Source: a virus. Taken from it: a stretch of DNA of 64,000 nucleotides. The notes beneath the pieces were generated by a model. That model ran no database searches. It saw only the letters and a program-made list of their open reading frames with translations, and was not told the DNA's origin. Shown here piece by piece: positions 9,052 through 19,345 of the stretch. Position 1 is the first letter of the stretch, and each line of letters begins with the position of its first letter. A program made the translations under genes and the position numbers. The stretch spans positions 1 through 64,000 of the IMG/VR virus record IMGVR_UViG_3300022926_000006; one strand, written 5' to 3'.

Positions 9052-10962
9052 TTAAACGCCAGTCTCTTCAAAACTGATACCAGTTCTTGTTGCAACGAAT
9101 GTTAGTGTGATAAAGTTAATAGACCTTGCAGGTTTAATAAAGATATCTGCTCTAAACTCATTACCATCAATAACGGCAGGAGTATTGTTAGTTTCATCAC
9201 ATACGACTTTGAAATCGTAAATGCCCCTACGACCTTGGATATCACGCAAGAATGGTTCAACCAAGTTTCTGAAGTTTGCTCTAGTAAATGTATCGTTAAA
9301 TTCAAATAACTGGAACTTCGCCGCTGTTGCAATTGCTTTTTCTAGAATAATGAACAATCTGCGAACATTAATTCTATCGAATGCTGAAGGTGAAGTCAAC
9401 ATTGTTTTATCGCCAAACAAGACAACGCCTTGTCCAGGGAATGAAACAACAGGATTAACTTGCTTCTTATAGAGAGTATCTCTATCTGCTTTATTTGGTG
9501 AGTATGCCAAACGAACTGCATTTCTAATTTGACCACGCTGGAATCCAGCAGGTGAGAAGAATGGATCAGCAACTAAGTCTGTGCGTACACAACATCCAGC
9601 AACATCGCCGTTTAATGGAATGTAACGATATACATCGCTGTAACGGTCATATTGATATTTCCATCCAGAGTCCATTACTGCAAATGATGAGTTGATATTT
9701 GCAGATACATTTCTAAAGTCTACAATATCGGTTGCCGCTGTAATTGAAGTTGCGTCAGCAAGTTCTGGTGATAAGAATACCATACAGTCCTTACGAATTT
9801 CTGCAACATTGTCTACGACCCACTTAGCAACTACACCTGATGCAGGTCCAACTGGAATAAGCGAAACATCATAGAGTTCATCGTTTGCAAAGTGTGTATA
9901 AGCAGTCTGCAATTCACCGTCTGTTGGTGTATTATCATTTGTACCACCTGATAGTGATGCATAATCTGGTTTTCTAGATGTATGTGTAAACGCATTTGAA
10001 AGTAGACCGGTAGCGGCACCAACGTCTGCATCTAATTCACTGTGATTTCCAGCAAACCAAATGTAAGCAGAGTATTGATTAATATACTCTACAAAGTAAT
10101 TAACAGTTCCATCAGATTTCTTAGCGTCTGATGCAACAGAGAGATTTGAGAATTTCTCAAGTACTGTGTTTGCTGTACCTGTAATATCTCCTGATTGGTC
10201 GACAATGATAATATGAATTTCATCGCCCGAACCACCTCTGGCAGTTGCTTGTACTGATGTTCCTGGAGGACCATCAAAATCTGCATGATAGAACCATCTT
10301 GCTTCTACATTAACAGGTACCGATGTTCCATCAACAATAGCGGTAAGACCAGTAGTCTTTCCCTTTTCTCTGATAGTAAGTGTGTTTGTTGAAATTCCAA
10401 CAATCTCATATTCTGTGCTATGACCAGTAAATACTACTAAGTCACCGATAATGAGGTCTGTTGCTGATACAACATCAACTGTAGTTGCACCAATTGCGTT
10501 TGATGTTGTTACAGTTGTGATTGCAGTTTTTGAAAAAGCGTCTGCATTCTGACACAATGAAACTCTTAATGAGTTACCAAGTGTGCCTGGATACTTCGCC
10601 GCCCACTCACCTGCTCCAGATGCGATTGCTGATGCACCTAGATTATCATAATGTGTGCTATTTTTAATTAGAAAACCAGTTGAACTGGTAGCGTTTAGAT
10701 TTCCTGTTTCCGCTCTAACTACTTGTAAGTTAGAACCGTAAGACAAAAAGTTTGCCGCAGTAAAGAAGTAGGTATATGTTTCAGCATTTGGTTCACCGAA
10801 AACGGAAACCAATTCATTCTCTGAAGAAATATTGATTACTTCATCTACAGGTCCCCATTGGAATACACCCGCAAAGGCACCTGGAGAGGTTGCTACTGCT
10901 GGCACAACCTGTGTCAAGTCGATTTCTCGTACTAGAACGCCTGGTGAAAGTTGAAATGCCAT
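9052..10962 (-). CDS. gp18: Tail sheath protein
   Basis: SPGV.VREIDLT, FQWGP, FSPAG, GDKT....SAFDRINVRRLF, IKPARSINFI. Confidence 0.99.
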   Translation of the reverse strand: MAFQLSPGVLVREIDLTQVVPAVATSPGAFAGVFQWGPVDEVINISSENELVSVFGEPNAETYTYFFTAANFLSYGSNLQVVRAETGNLNATSSTGFLIKNSTHYDNLGASAIASGAGEWAAKYPGTLGNSLRVSLCQNADAFSKTAITTVTTSNAIGATTVDVVSATDLIIGDLVVFTGHSTEYEIVGISTNTLTIREKGKTTGLTAIVDGTSVPVNVEARWFYHADFDGPPGTSVQATARGGSGDEIHIIIVDQSGDITGTANTVLEKFSNLSVASDAKKSDGTVNYFVEYINQYSAYIWFAGNHSELDADVGAATGLLSNAFTHTSRKPDYASLSGGTNDNTPTDGELQTAYTHFANDELYDVSLIPVGPASGVVAKWVVDNVAEIRKDCMVFLSPELADATSITAATDIVDFRNVSANINSSFAVMDSGWKYQYDRYSDVYRYIPLNGDVAGCCVRTDLVADPFFSPAGFQRGQIRNAVRLAYSPNKADRDTLYKKQVNPVVSFPGQGVVLFGDKTMLTSPSAFDRINVRRLFIILEKAIATAAKFQLFEFNDTFTRANFRNLVEPFLRDIQGRRGIYDFKVVCDETNNTPAVIDGNEFRADIFIKPARSINFITLTFVATRTGISFEETGV

Positions 10963-11039
10963 TTTTATTTACTCCCGTATATTTTTTAAGTCAATAGTCA
11001 TTGTATGAATATTTATAATATCTAATTTCTTCGAAACTG

Positions 11040-12665
11040 CTACCATGCACCTTCGTCTACAATGACCCACCTGTCGCCTTGAGTATCTACAAAAGATGTT
11101 TCCACATCATTCACTCCATCAGCGATATAACCAAAAGGTGTTAATTCATCCTCTAACATTTGCATCTTATCGCGATACAATTTCATTCGAATATCATTGT
11201 CGGTCAATTCTTTGAAATATGGTTGTCCGGATAACCAAGCAAACATCACCAAACACATTGCTAAATCGTCATGACTACCTTCTTCTGCTTCGTAAGAACC
11301 TTTCTTAGCGATAAAAGTTGATAGTTCATTTATTATATCAAAATCTTGTATAACAAATTTTTCTTCTTCAACTAGAGATTTTAGATTACTACAACCAAGT
11401 CTTTTTAATTGCGCTGTAGTACGCACACCCATATTGTTCTGTGTGCCAAATCCTCCACCTACTATTTGTCCTGCTCTTCCCTTCCATGTTGTGGAAAGTA
11501 AGTTTTCATATTCTACTTCATTATTTAGAATATCCGCGACTTGTTGACCTATATCGTTGACTTCTACTAGAATGTATGCGTTATTATAATGTGTACCCAT
11601 CTTATTAATAATTGTGGGATACATCATAGGAGTAATTTCATTACTCTTATACTTACAAACGACTTTGAAAGGCATCTCTGTAACATCTATCACTACAAAC
11701 GCGCTGTAGTCTAAACCTACGCCTCTTGAAACGTCAACAGTCATAACATATGTACGTTCTGGTTGCGCCTCTTCATAGACGCTTAATCCTTCTTTATTGT
11801 AATTTGGTGTCTTATATGCTAGATTTCTTAGTGCATTAGGATTAATAAGTGTATTCGATGAACCTAAAAACTCACACTCAAACTCTTGACGCCACTGTTC
11901 TTCAGAGGTGTTCTTAATAGTCTCTTCTCTAAATCTTTGTCCTCGTCCAGGAATATCATTCCACTGAACTTCAATAGGCACATAAGAACTTCGACCTTCT
12001 TCAGCATCAACCCACATCTTATAAAATTGGTTCATGCCTTTAGGTGTAGACACTACCATTACTTTAGTGCTTTTACCAGAAGTGATAGTAGGATAAACAG
12101 ACTTAAAGAATTCATCTGCTAAATTGAATGGAACGAACGCAAATTCATCCAAGAATACTAAGTTAAATGATCCACCACGAACTGCAGATGATGATGTTGC
12201 TGATGCTACAATTTTAGAACCATTTTCTAATTCAATAGAACCTTTGTTCCATACTTTAACACCTAACTGTAACCAAGGAGGTAGTGCTTCATATGACATA
12301 TGAATTTTTGCAAGCAAGTCTCTTGCAAGTGCGCCTTTGTTCGCGAGAATAGCACAGTTTACAGTAGGATTGAATAATGCAAACCACAAAATGTATGAAC
12401 ACACTGTAGTTGATTTACCTGACTGTCTAGGTATCTTACAAATTGAAAATCTGTTCTTGTGAAATGTTTTAACCATCTTCTTTTGAAATGGATACATTTC
12501 AAATGGTACAAAACCCTCATCAAGATTAACAATCTTAATATAATTAATAATAAAGTACTCCGGGTCTTTAGAACATTTGATATACTCTTCAATCTGTTCT
12601 TTAGTAAACTGTTCTTGTACGTTTACTTTTTTAAGATTAGGATTACCTAAATAATTATCACTCAT
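11040..12665 (-). CDS. gp17: Terminase large subunit
   Basis: YLGNPNLK, PRQSGKST Walker A, FLDEFAF Walker B, DVSRG.G.DYS, HDDLAM. Confidence 0.99.
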   Translation of the reverse strand: MSDNYLGNPNLKKVNVQEQFTKEQIEEYIKCSKDPEYFIINYIKIVNLDEGFVPFEMYPFQKKMVKTFHKNRFSICKIPRQSGKSTTVCSYILWFALFNPTVNCAILANKGALARDLLAKIHMSYEALPPWLQLGVKVWNKGSIELENGSKIVASATSSSAVRGGSFNLVFLDEFAFVPFNLADEFFKSVYPTITSGKSTKVMVVSTPKGMNQFYKMWVDAEEGRSSYVPIEVQWNDIPGRGQRFREETIKNTSEEQWRQEFECEFLGSSNTLINPNALRNLAYKTPNYNKEGLSVYEEAQPERTYVMTVDVSRGVGLDYSAFVVIDVTEMPFKVVCKYKSNEITPMMYPTIINKMGTHYNNAYILVEVNDIGQQVADILNNEVEYENLLSTTWKGRAGQIVGGGFGTQNNMGVRTTAQLKRLGCSNLKSLVEEEKFVIQDFDIINELSTFIAKKGSYEAEEGSHDDLAMCLVMFAWLSGQPYFKELTDNDIRMKLYRDKMQMLEDELTPFGYIADGVNDVETSFVDTQGDRWVIVDEGAW

Positions 12666-12915
12666 TTATAATCTTCTGTAATACAACTTCAAATTGGTCA
12701 ATCTTTAATGTACGATTTGGCCAATAGATATAATCTTTATCTGGATTTGCTTTTAAGTTATTTAAAAGCGGTACAACTGCTTCATGCAGTTTTTTTACTT
12801 TTGCTTGTAGTTTTGCTACCTCTTCTGTTGATGATGTTGCAGTCTGTGCTAATTGTTGTACTGCTTCTAGTTCATTTTCATCTACAGCGGTGAAACCAAA
12901 ATCGAAATCACTCAT
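12658..12915 (-). CDS. Conserved hypothetical protein
   Basis: DFGFTAVDE.EL and PLL.NL..NP.KDYIYWPNR, a pattern I recognise from marine T4-like phages; coupled overlaps with neighbours. Confidence 0.7.
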   Translation of the reverse strand: MSDFDFGFTAVDENELEAVQQLAQTATSSTEEVAKLQAKVKKLHEAVVPLLNNLKANPDKDYIYWPNRTLKIDQFEVVLQKIINE

Positions 12916-13354
12916 GGTCGATTACCTTTATATCTTTTGTGTCACCTTGAAGTAACTTTTGCAACTCTGCGGTTGATCCAACAAATAATGCGTTTGTTAC
13001 ATTTGTAGGTGCATCTTCTTTATCTACTTTTTTTAAGTCTTTCATATTTTTTTGAAGTCTCATCAAGTCTTGAGTTACATCACTAACTGTTTTAATTAAC
13101 TGTCCAGCAACCTCATATGAACGAGGATTCTCTGCTTCTCTTGCAAGTTGTAGAATTCCTTCTATTGCAGTATTACCCTTTTCTATAAGTAAGTGAAAAT
13201 TTTGTCTCGCCACCTCATAATCGGCATCGGCATCAGATAAATCTAGACTAGGTGCATCGACATGGGTTGAGGGTAAGTGTTTAGTATCGCTTTCTATTAT
13301 TTCTCCGGCAACATCAAACAAGTCATTTAGTTTTGTATTCACTTTATCATTCAT
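12908..13354 (-). CDS. gp16: Terminase small subunit
   Basis: DYE.AR.N...LIEKG, PRSYEVAGQLIK, NALFVGSTAELQKLL. Confidence 0.95.
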   Translation of the reverse strand: MNDKVNTKLNDLFDVAGEIIESDTKHLPSTHVDAPSLDLSDADADYEVARQNFHLLIEKGNTAIEGILQLAREAENPRSYEVAGQLIKTVSDVTQDLMRLQKNMKDLKKVDKEDAPTNVTNALFVGSTAELQKLLQGDTKDIKVIDHE

Positions 13355-13364
13355 ATTATTATCT

Positions 13365-13736
13365 CTACTGTTGAGTAAATCCGCTTACTTTTTTCAACGT
13401 AATGGTTACTGTTCCATCTTCAATCGTAACTCTGATATCTTTTCCTGGTTCTGCGGATAACCCTAATTGACCTGTGTTAACAATTGAACCAACACCTGGA
13501 CCACTAAATGAAAAAACTGGAGTTGTATTTGGGGTGGTCACACGTTCTATCAAAACGTCACCAACATTATTATCATAGTCAATTTGAAGAATAATACACT
13601 CTGGGTCTACTGCAGTTTCATCTCTACCTAGAGAGTCCACATCTAAGTCAAAGTCTACTGTTCCAACTGTAAAATCTCCAGAAACTGTGAATGTTGCTCT
13701 AGTTGCAGATGTGTTTAAAATAGTTTTAGTTGCCAT
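13365..13736 (-). CDS. Small beta-rich virion protein, similar to 4619..4975
   Basis: C-terminal DIRVTIEDGTVTITLKKVSGF. Confidence 0.55.
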   Translation of the reverse strand: MATKTILNTSATRATFTVSGDFTVGTVDFDLDVDSLGRDETAVDPECIILQIDYDNNVGDVLIERVTTPNTTPVFSFSGPGVGSIVNTGQLGLSAEPGKDIRVTIEDGTVTITLKKVSGFTQQ

Positions 13737-13747
13737 TATTTAAAATC

Positions 13748-14515
13748 CTATGTCTGTGGATCATCTGTCCACACTTCACTAAATCCAAAGTCATCATCTG
13801 CTTCTGCAGATGTTGGGTTAGGTGTTGCTTCATATCTAGTATTTACTAGAGTTGATGTAGGGGCGTCAAGATAATTATCAATTTTAACTTTCTTAATAAC
13901 TCCTTGCTCATATACAGGTCCATAAAAATTAACTTTAGTTGTAAATGATAAAGTATATATGATACTTCTACGAGTAGCAAAATCTCCCTCATAATCATCC
14001 TCATATGTAAGTGAGTCCATAATTAAAGGAAAGTCATCTTTAATACCCATTTCAGGAACAGCATTAATAGTTAATGTAAATGCTGGTGTGAAAAAAGGAA
14101 TAATTTGCTCAACAATCTGTAAAGCATCTTCTTGATTTTTTGCCATCACAAATAGTGAAAAATTAATATTATATGGAACAGAAAAGTATTGTTTTTTCAA
14201 TCCATTTGTTACGGAATCGTCTACTTTTTTAAGTACATTTAATTTATTAACCTTACGTTGGGAATCATAGTTAAATCCTGTAATCTCAAATCCCATTCTA
14301 GGAAGAGTTAACTGTATAGGTGAGTTTCCTGTTGGGTCTTCATACAGTCTTGCTAAGAACTTTGCTTTAGGTCCATATGCTAAAGGCACCCGCATTGACT
14401 GTAATGCAGTTCCACTTGAATCCGGTCTTCTTACATGTATATCATTAAACACACTACCAAACGCAACAACAGTTCGTCTAATAGTCTCATGATAAAAGTG
14501 TGATTGTCCTAACAT
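13748..14515 (-). CDS. gp15: Tail sheath stabilizer / completion protein
   Basis: FYHETIRR.V.AFG..FN, VPLAYGPK.KFLAR, LPRMGFE, QIVEQI.PFF.P. Confidence 0.96.
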   Translation of the reverse strand: MLGQSHFYHETIRRTVVAFGSVFNDIHVRRPDSSGTALQSMRVPLAYGPKAKFLARLYEDPTGNSPIQLTLPRMGFEITGFNYDSQRKVNKLNVLKKVDDSVTNGLKKQYFSVPYNINFSLFVMAKNQEDALQIVEQIIPFFTPAFTLTINAVPEMGIKDDFPLIMDSLTYEDDYEGDFATRRSIIYTLSFTTKVNFYGPVYEQGVIKKVKIDNYLDAPTSTLVNTRYEATPNPTSAEADDDFGFSEVWTDDPQT

Positions 14516-15267
14516 TATCTTTGTACCTCACCAAATGGGTTTGAAACACTAAAGTCAATAATATCATCAGCAGATAATCCAAAATCATAATTTTGTGAAC
14601 TAGGCACAATTGTTGCTAAGTTATAATCTTCTTTAATGAGTTTAAATCCGTCTTCAAGTAGTATAGAACCTGATGCATCTTCAAGTCTCAATTCATATTC
14701 AAATGCATTTGAACTATATGTAGTTTCAATTGCGTCAATCGCGGCAACACCTGTGTCAAGTGCTTCGTTACTATAAATGAATTGTTCTACATCTAATCTA
14801 TATGTGTATATTTGATTTAACTGATAGAATATATTTTCATGTTCAACAAACTTAATTTCAAACAAACTATTTGTCAATGGAAACCATAGCAAGTCTCCTT
14901 CATTAGGGCGACCTTCTACAATCAAAGATGCGTTATTATCTACCTCTGTCGTCCATCGCGACTTAACAACAACAAAACTAGCACGGTCACGAATTTCAAC
15001 ACCAAACTTAGATAAGAAGTCACCTTCACCCTCAAACCCATCCACAGACTGTAAATACATTTCAATTGGATGTGCCGATGTAAATTTTGATAATCCATCT
15101 TCTGTAAAGATAGTATCTTCATTAACAAGTGTGCGCGGAATATAGTGAACATCGAAACCATATATTTTAATCGCCTCTGTATAGAGACTTTCAATTAAAG
15201 TTTGCTCTGTTGAATAACCTGTACTATCTAATCCGCCGCCTTGGTCGAAATACGCATTAAGTGCCAT
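14515..15267 (-). CDS. gp14: Neck protein
   Basis: E.IKIYG.DV.YIPR, RPNEGDL, FEIKFVEHE..FYQL, DFS..NPFG. Confidence 0.95.
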   Translation of the reverse strand: MALNAYFDQGGGLDSTGYSTEQTLIESLYTEAIKIYGFDVHYIPRTLVNEDTIFTEDGLSKFTSAHPIEMYLQSVDGFEGEGDFLSKFGVEIRDRASFVVVKSRWTTEVDNNASLIVEGRPNEGDLLWFPLTNSLFEIKFVEHENIFYQLNQIYTYRLDVEQFIYSNEALDTGVAAIDAIETTYSSNAFEYELRLEDASGSILLEDGFKLIKEDYNLATIVPSSQNYDFGLSADDIIDFSVSNPFGEVQR

Positions 15268-15271
15268 ATTG

Positions 15272-16216
15272 TTATCCTGTCATAAAGTCTACTGGTAACT
15301 CATATCTCAAAGACATTTCTTCTTCAATCTTTTCGATTTCGGTTTGTGCTTCTTGCATGATACGAACACCATCAAGTGTAACGCCTCCGGGCATTTGCAC
15401 ACCAGCAAACTTACTTAAATTATTACCCCATTGTAATTTAATTAGCGCGGTTAAATATTTTTTAAGAAACATATCATTATAAACATCATTATATGTTGTT
15501 GGGTCTAGAATTCTATATGCTTCAAAAATAATATACTGGTCTGGTAGAATTTGTTGTTCCCAATCCATATCAACATAAATTCTATCTGTATGTCTATTAA
15601 ATCTAACTGATTGCTGTCCAACCAACATCTCATTCAATAATGAAATATGATTTTGTATCATGTTATAGTATATTACAGAAGTTGACGCAAAGTCAAAAAC
15701 TTCATTTAACCGCAATTGATAACGAACATCAAACATATCTAATGAAGATGCATTACCAAATGGAAATACTCTAACCACTCCGGTGATAGCATCAGTTACA
15801 GGAACATAACCATTCTTCATATCACCAGCAACAATTGTAGTAACTGTGTCTGTTGCGCCTGATACTGCACCTGTAATTGTCTCTGCAGGTGTATAGTCAC
15901 CAAGTTCATATCTTACACGAATTGTGGTTGCTGTAGGTTTATCAAAAACAAATGATGTTGCGCCGCTAGTTGAACCGGTTAATTTTTCATTTGCTGAAAA
16001 CTGTGCGCTGTTAGACACAGTAAGAGTGGTGGCGGTTACTTTATGCTTTAAATAAGTCTTTTCTACACCGTCAAAATGATATTCCTGAAAGAACTGAAGT
16101 GCTTCATCAGTTCTATCATCAATCTGGTCTGTTGACACATTAATGTCAATGACACCCTTACCTAAACGGCGCAGTGCATATTCTTGTAAGTCGCTTCTGC
16201 TTGCTGGATTTGCCAT
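15272..16216 (-). CDS. gp13: Neck protein
   Basis: YALRRLG..VIDINV, K.QWG.NLSKF.GVQMPGGVTLDG. Confidence 0.96.
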   Translation of the reverse strand: MANPASRSDLQEYALRRLGKGVIDINVSTDQIDDRTDEALQFFQEYHFDGVEKTYLKHKVTATTLTVSNSAQFSANEKLTGSTSGATSFVFDKPTATTIRVRYELGDYTPAETITGAVSGATDTVTTIVAGDMKNGYVPVTDAITGVVRVFPFGNASSLDMFDVRYQLRLNEVFDFASTSVIYYNMIQNHISLLNEMLVGQQSVRFNRHTDRIYVDMDWEQQILPDQYIIFEAYRILDPTTYNDVYNDMFLKKYLTALIKLQWGNNLSKFAGVQMPGGVTLDGVRIMQEAQTEIEKIEEEMSLRYELPVDFMTG

Positions 16217-16223
16217 ATAAAAA

Positions 16224-16270
16224 AATCTCCAAGGTATCTATGTTCTAATAGTATTTATACCTTGGAGATT
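16224..16270 (-). promoter_or_regulatory. 14-bp hairpin covering the gp13 RBS, with a late promoter inside
   Basis: AATCTCCAAGGTAT (16224-16237) / ATACCTTGGAGATT (16257-16270); TATAAATA at 16259-16252. Confidence 0.7.
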
Positions 16271-16305
16271 ATTGAGTTTTATTATTATGGTGTTTTTATT
16301 ATTGT

Positions 16306-16701
16306 CTAGACTAGAATACACTCAACTTGACCGTGTTCATCGTTAGTTGTTGTAATCGCCAGTGCTTTAACATCCTGAAATGCCGCGGCGTTGTTTGTTG
16401 TTAACTTACCTTTAGATGAACTTAACACAAGAGTATCACCCTTGGCAACCACTCCTCTAGTATTAACAATGCATCTACCTTTAAGTGCGACATATGGATT
16501 TGAACTTCTATCTAAAGCATATATAACACCAATTGCTTTGTTGTCCGATGAACCTGTTGTAATTGCTAACTCATAGTTACCTGAGGTTGCTAATCCAACT
16601 ACTGTACCAACAGATAGCAGATTATTGGGGTCTACCGTAAACCTTTCGGCAAAGTCACTAACTTGACGTTCTAGAACTAATCTACCGTTTCTTAATGGCA
16701 T
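16306..16701 (-). CDS. Stand-alone fibre C-terminal chaperone-like domain (peptidase G2/IMC-like)
   Basis: DFAE.F, GTVV, IGVI, VALKGR..V...G.V.KGD.LV.S, usually found at fibre C-termini. Confidence 0.55.
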   Translation of the reverse strand: MPLRNGRLVLERQVSDFAERFTVDPNNLLSVGTVVGLATSGNYELAITTGSSDNKAIGVIYALDRSSNPYVALKGRCIVNTRGVVAKGDTLVLSSSKGKLTTNNAAAFQDVKALAITTTNDEHGQVECILV

Positions 16702-16740
16702 AGTTTTACTCTCCTATTACTTTTTTATTTATATATCTAT

Positions 16741-17622
16741 TTATTCATCTTCGGCATTTGACTTTGATAATTTTTCTTTTAATTCATCAACGTCTTCAAG
16801 TGTAGGAGTAATAAAGATATGATTATCTCCTCCAAGATGCTGTCCAACTTTAGTTTTTGCTCTTTTAGCAAGAATTTTCTCTGCTTGTTCTGATAGTGAT
16901 AGTGAGGTTGCAAGTGGTTCAGCATCTTCACTTTGAACACCTGGAGAAAATGCTAATTTTCTTAATTCTTCTTCATCAATGTCTCGCAAAATGTCAGCAG
17001 GACTATTAGGATATACTCTTAAATAATCTTCCGATTGAACCATCCAATGTTTGTTTTCTGGTTTCGGAAAACGCTTTTTAACAGCAAGTCTTCGCGCTTG
17101 AAGTGCATCAATACCTTCTCTATTACCTTCAACAATATATTCCCACATCGCACGAACCATCTGTGGTTCTGTTGGGTAAAACTGCCTACGCATTTTTATA
17201 TATGCTTCTTGGTCTAGAATATCTTGTACAAAAGGAATCATCTTTTGTAACTCTGCTTTTGTAGGTTTAGGAAGAGGGTTATCATCATCCCACTCAAGTT
17301 GCTCATATAAAGCGGCATCCCATGTGTTAGGATTTCTATCATCAAAAGTTTTTGCTTGGTTATCTTTTCTGGTACCTCGCATTGTCCATTCACAGTTTGG
17401 ATAAAGAACTCCTAATAATGTTGCCAAATCTCCAGCATTTCTTCGTGTTTTAAAATACTCGGCAACTCTATCATTTTCAGCATTGGTGAGACCAACTCCC
17501 ATACCATACTTTTCTGCTAACGCATCAATTTCTTCTCTCGTAGCAGGTCCTTTACGTCTAAGTTCTTCCAAAGACTGTGGACCACTTCTCTTCATAACGG
17601 CGGTTGGAATTGTATCTGACAT
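16741..17622 (-). CDS. Tail fibre assembly chaperone-like protein (XkdW-like core)
   Basis: LYPNCEW..., LEW......PKPT.AEL, Y...RR..YP....Q, AVKKRFPKP; follows the fibre-like genes. Confidence 0.6.
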   Translation of the reverse strand: MSDTIPTAVMKRSGPQSLEELRRKGPATREEIDALAEKYGMGVGLTNAENDRVAEYFKTRRNAGDLATLLGVLYPNCEWTMRGTRKDNQAKTFDDRNPNTWDAALYEQLEWDDDNPLPKPTKAELQKMIPFVQDILDQEAYIKMRRQFYPTEPQMVRAMWEYIVEGNREGIDALQARRLAVKKRFPKPENKHWMVQSEDYLRVYPNSPADILRDIDEEELRKLAFSPGVQSEDAEPLATSLSLSEQAEKILAKRAKTKVGQHLGGDNHIFITPTLEDVDELKEKLSKSNAEDE

Positions 17623-17656
17623 TATTTAATACTCCTATAATATACTTAAATGTTAT

Positions 17657-18199
17657 TTAGTTCAGCGTACCTGACAATCCAGCATTGTCGGCACCCATTT
17701 CTTTCGCAATCAAAAATCCTTCACTCATGTGTACACTCTTCGAATTGCTATCTACACATCTAAAACGAATTTCTATTTCCTGTTTATTTGTATTTCCTGG
17801 TTGATGGCAATGCACTAATCCTACATTTTGTATTTTCTCGGCAAAGGATGCGTACTGCACATGTGCAGTTACCCTATCATGTTCACCACCATGTACCGAA
17901 TAAGCATTTCCACTTGCTTGACCACCAAGAAGTTGACTTTCTAAATATTCTTGTTCTCCATTAATATATAGTGCAAATTCATACTGGTCATCATCACCAG
18001 TAGACCCTTGTCTTATATTTGCAGAAAACGTAACTTCTAATATTGAATCCCCAACCAATGGTGTAAGTTCTAGAACTTCACCATGTCGAGTAAACCCTTG
18101 TGTATTTGAAGTTAAGGAAGAATCCGATAAATCTATATATTTATATTGAAGTAGTAGACTACCTTTAATAGACTTTTTAGTAATTTTTGTTAATGGCAC
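17657..18199 (-). CDS. Paralogous small structural protein (last of five)
   Basis: Probable GTG start at 18199 with GAGGTG RBS; LTP...DSILEV.FS, HGGEHDRV, HCHQPGNTN.Q. Confidence 0.75.
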   Translation of the reverse strand: MPLTKITKKSIKGSLLLQYKYIDLSDSSLTSNTQGFTRHGEVLELTPLVGDSILEVTFSANIRQGSTGDDDQYEFALYINGEQEYLESQLLGGQASGNAYSVHGGEHDRVTAHVQYASFAEKIQNVGLVHCHQPGNTNKQEIEIRFRCVDSNSKSVHMSEGFLIAKEMGADNAGLSGTLN

Positions 18200-18217
18200 A
18201 GTACACCTCAATCATAA

Positions 18218-18754
18218 TTAGTTCTGCGATCCTGAGTTAACTCCCATAGACAGTTCTTTTACAATTAAGAACCCCTCACGAACATACAACTGCCAACCGT
18301 TATTATCCATACTTCTTCCTCTAACATCAACTACTTGTGCATTAGTATTTCCTGGCGTGTGGTTATGTACCCACCCCACACTTTGCTTTGTGTCTCTAAA
18401 TGAAGAGTGAAAAATATTAGAATAAACCCTATCATGCTCACCACCATGTTGAGTAAACGAATTACCTCCAGTTGGACCACCACCTAGTTGTGTGTGTTCA
18501 TATTCTTCAATACCGTTGACAAACAAAGAAATAGCATATTGACTATCCGAACCTGTCTGGTCGTGTTCATATGATGCTGAGAACGTACACTCAAGAATTG
18601 AGTCCCCATACTGAGGTGTCATAGTGATTGCGCTTCCAACCACTTGATATGTTTGTGTATTAGATGTGATACTAGTGTCACTCAAATCAGCATATTTAAA
18701 CTGAACTAAGAGAGACCCATGTACGATATGTTTTGTTACTTTAGTTAGTGCCAT
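18218..18754 (-). CDS. Paralogous small structural protein (4 of 5)
   Basis: MALTKVTKHIVHGS, TPQYGDSILEC.FS, HGGEHDRV, HNHTPGNTN.Q. Confidence 0.8.
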   Translation of the reverse strand: MALTKVTKHIVHGSLLVQFKYADLSDTSITSNTQTYQVVGSAITMTPQYGDSILECTFSASYEHDQTGSDSQYAISLFVNGIEEYEHTQLGGGPTGGNSFTQHGGEHDRVYSNIFHSSFRDTKQSVGWVHNHTPGNTNAQVVDVRGRSMDNNGWQLYVREGFLIVKELSMGVNSGSQN

Positions 18755-18767
18755 TGTTTTACCTCTC

Positions 18768-19295
18768 TTATGTCAAATCGTGATGATTGCCGGCAATCTC
18801 AGAAATAGTTACATAACCATCTTGACATTGAATACTATATTGTCCAGCATCAGAACTCATCATAATCTCAACTGTTTGTGGATTCGTAGTTCCTGGAGCG
18901 TGAATATGGTTCGCATATACACCAGTTCCAAAATTTGAATGATGAAACTCTTGTCTGACATTATGTTGCGAAAATCTAGGATTATAGAAATGAAATGTAC
19001 CAACATTAGTTGCGCCTCTACCCATCGTACCTTCTTGAACATACTCATCAGTTCCATTAACTCGAATTGCTAAGTTTCCATATCTGTTGGTTCCGGAGAA
19101 GTTTGATCCGGTAAACATACTTCCAGTAAACACAATTTCCAAATGGGAATCGGCATATTGTGGAGTAAAGATTACCGCTTCACCCCATCTAGTATAAGAA
19201 CTACTACTACTAGTTAAATCTGATAAGTCTTTACCATAGTGTGCAATCAGTTGCGAACCGAACACAATATGTTTTGTTACTTTAGTTAATGCCAT
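18768..19295 (-). CDS. Paralogous small structural protein (3 of 5)
   Basis: MALTKVTKHIVFGS, TPQYADSHLE, FYNPRFSQHNVRQ, HIHAPGTTN.Q. Confidence 0.8.
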   Translation of the reverse strand: MALTKVTKHIVFGSQLIAHYGKDLSDLTSSSSSYTRWGEAVIFTPQYADSHLEIVFTGSMFTGSNFSGTNRYGNLAIRVNGTDEYVQEGTMGRGATNVGTFHFYNPRFSQHNVRQEFHHSNFGTGVYANHIHAPGTTNPQTVEIMMSSDAGQYSIQCQDGYVTISEIAGNHHDLT

Positions 19296-19345
19296 TTTTA
19301 TTACCCTTTAATGTCTTTTCTATACATATTTATATATATCTTTCT

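Noticed and set aside
11040-12665. Intron/intein in terminase or other core genes
   Set aside because: gp17, gp20, gp23 and gp18 are uninterrupted and of ordinary length; no homing endonuclease motifs noticed.
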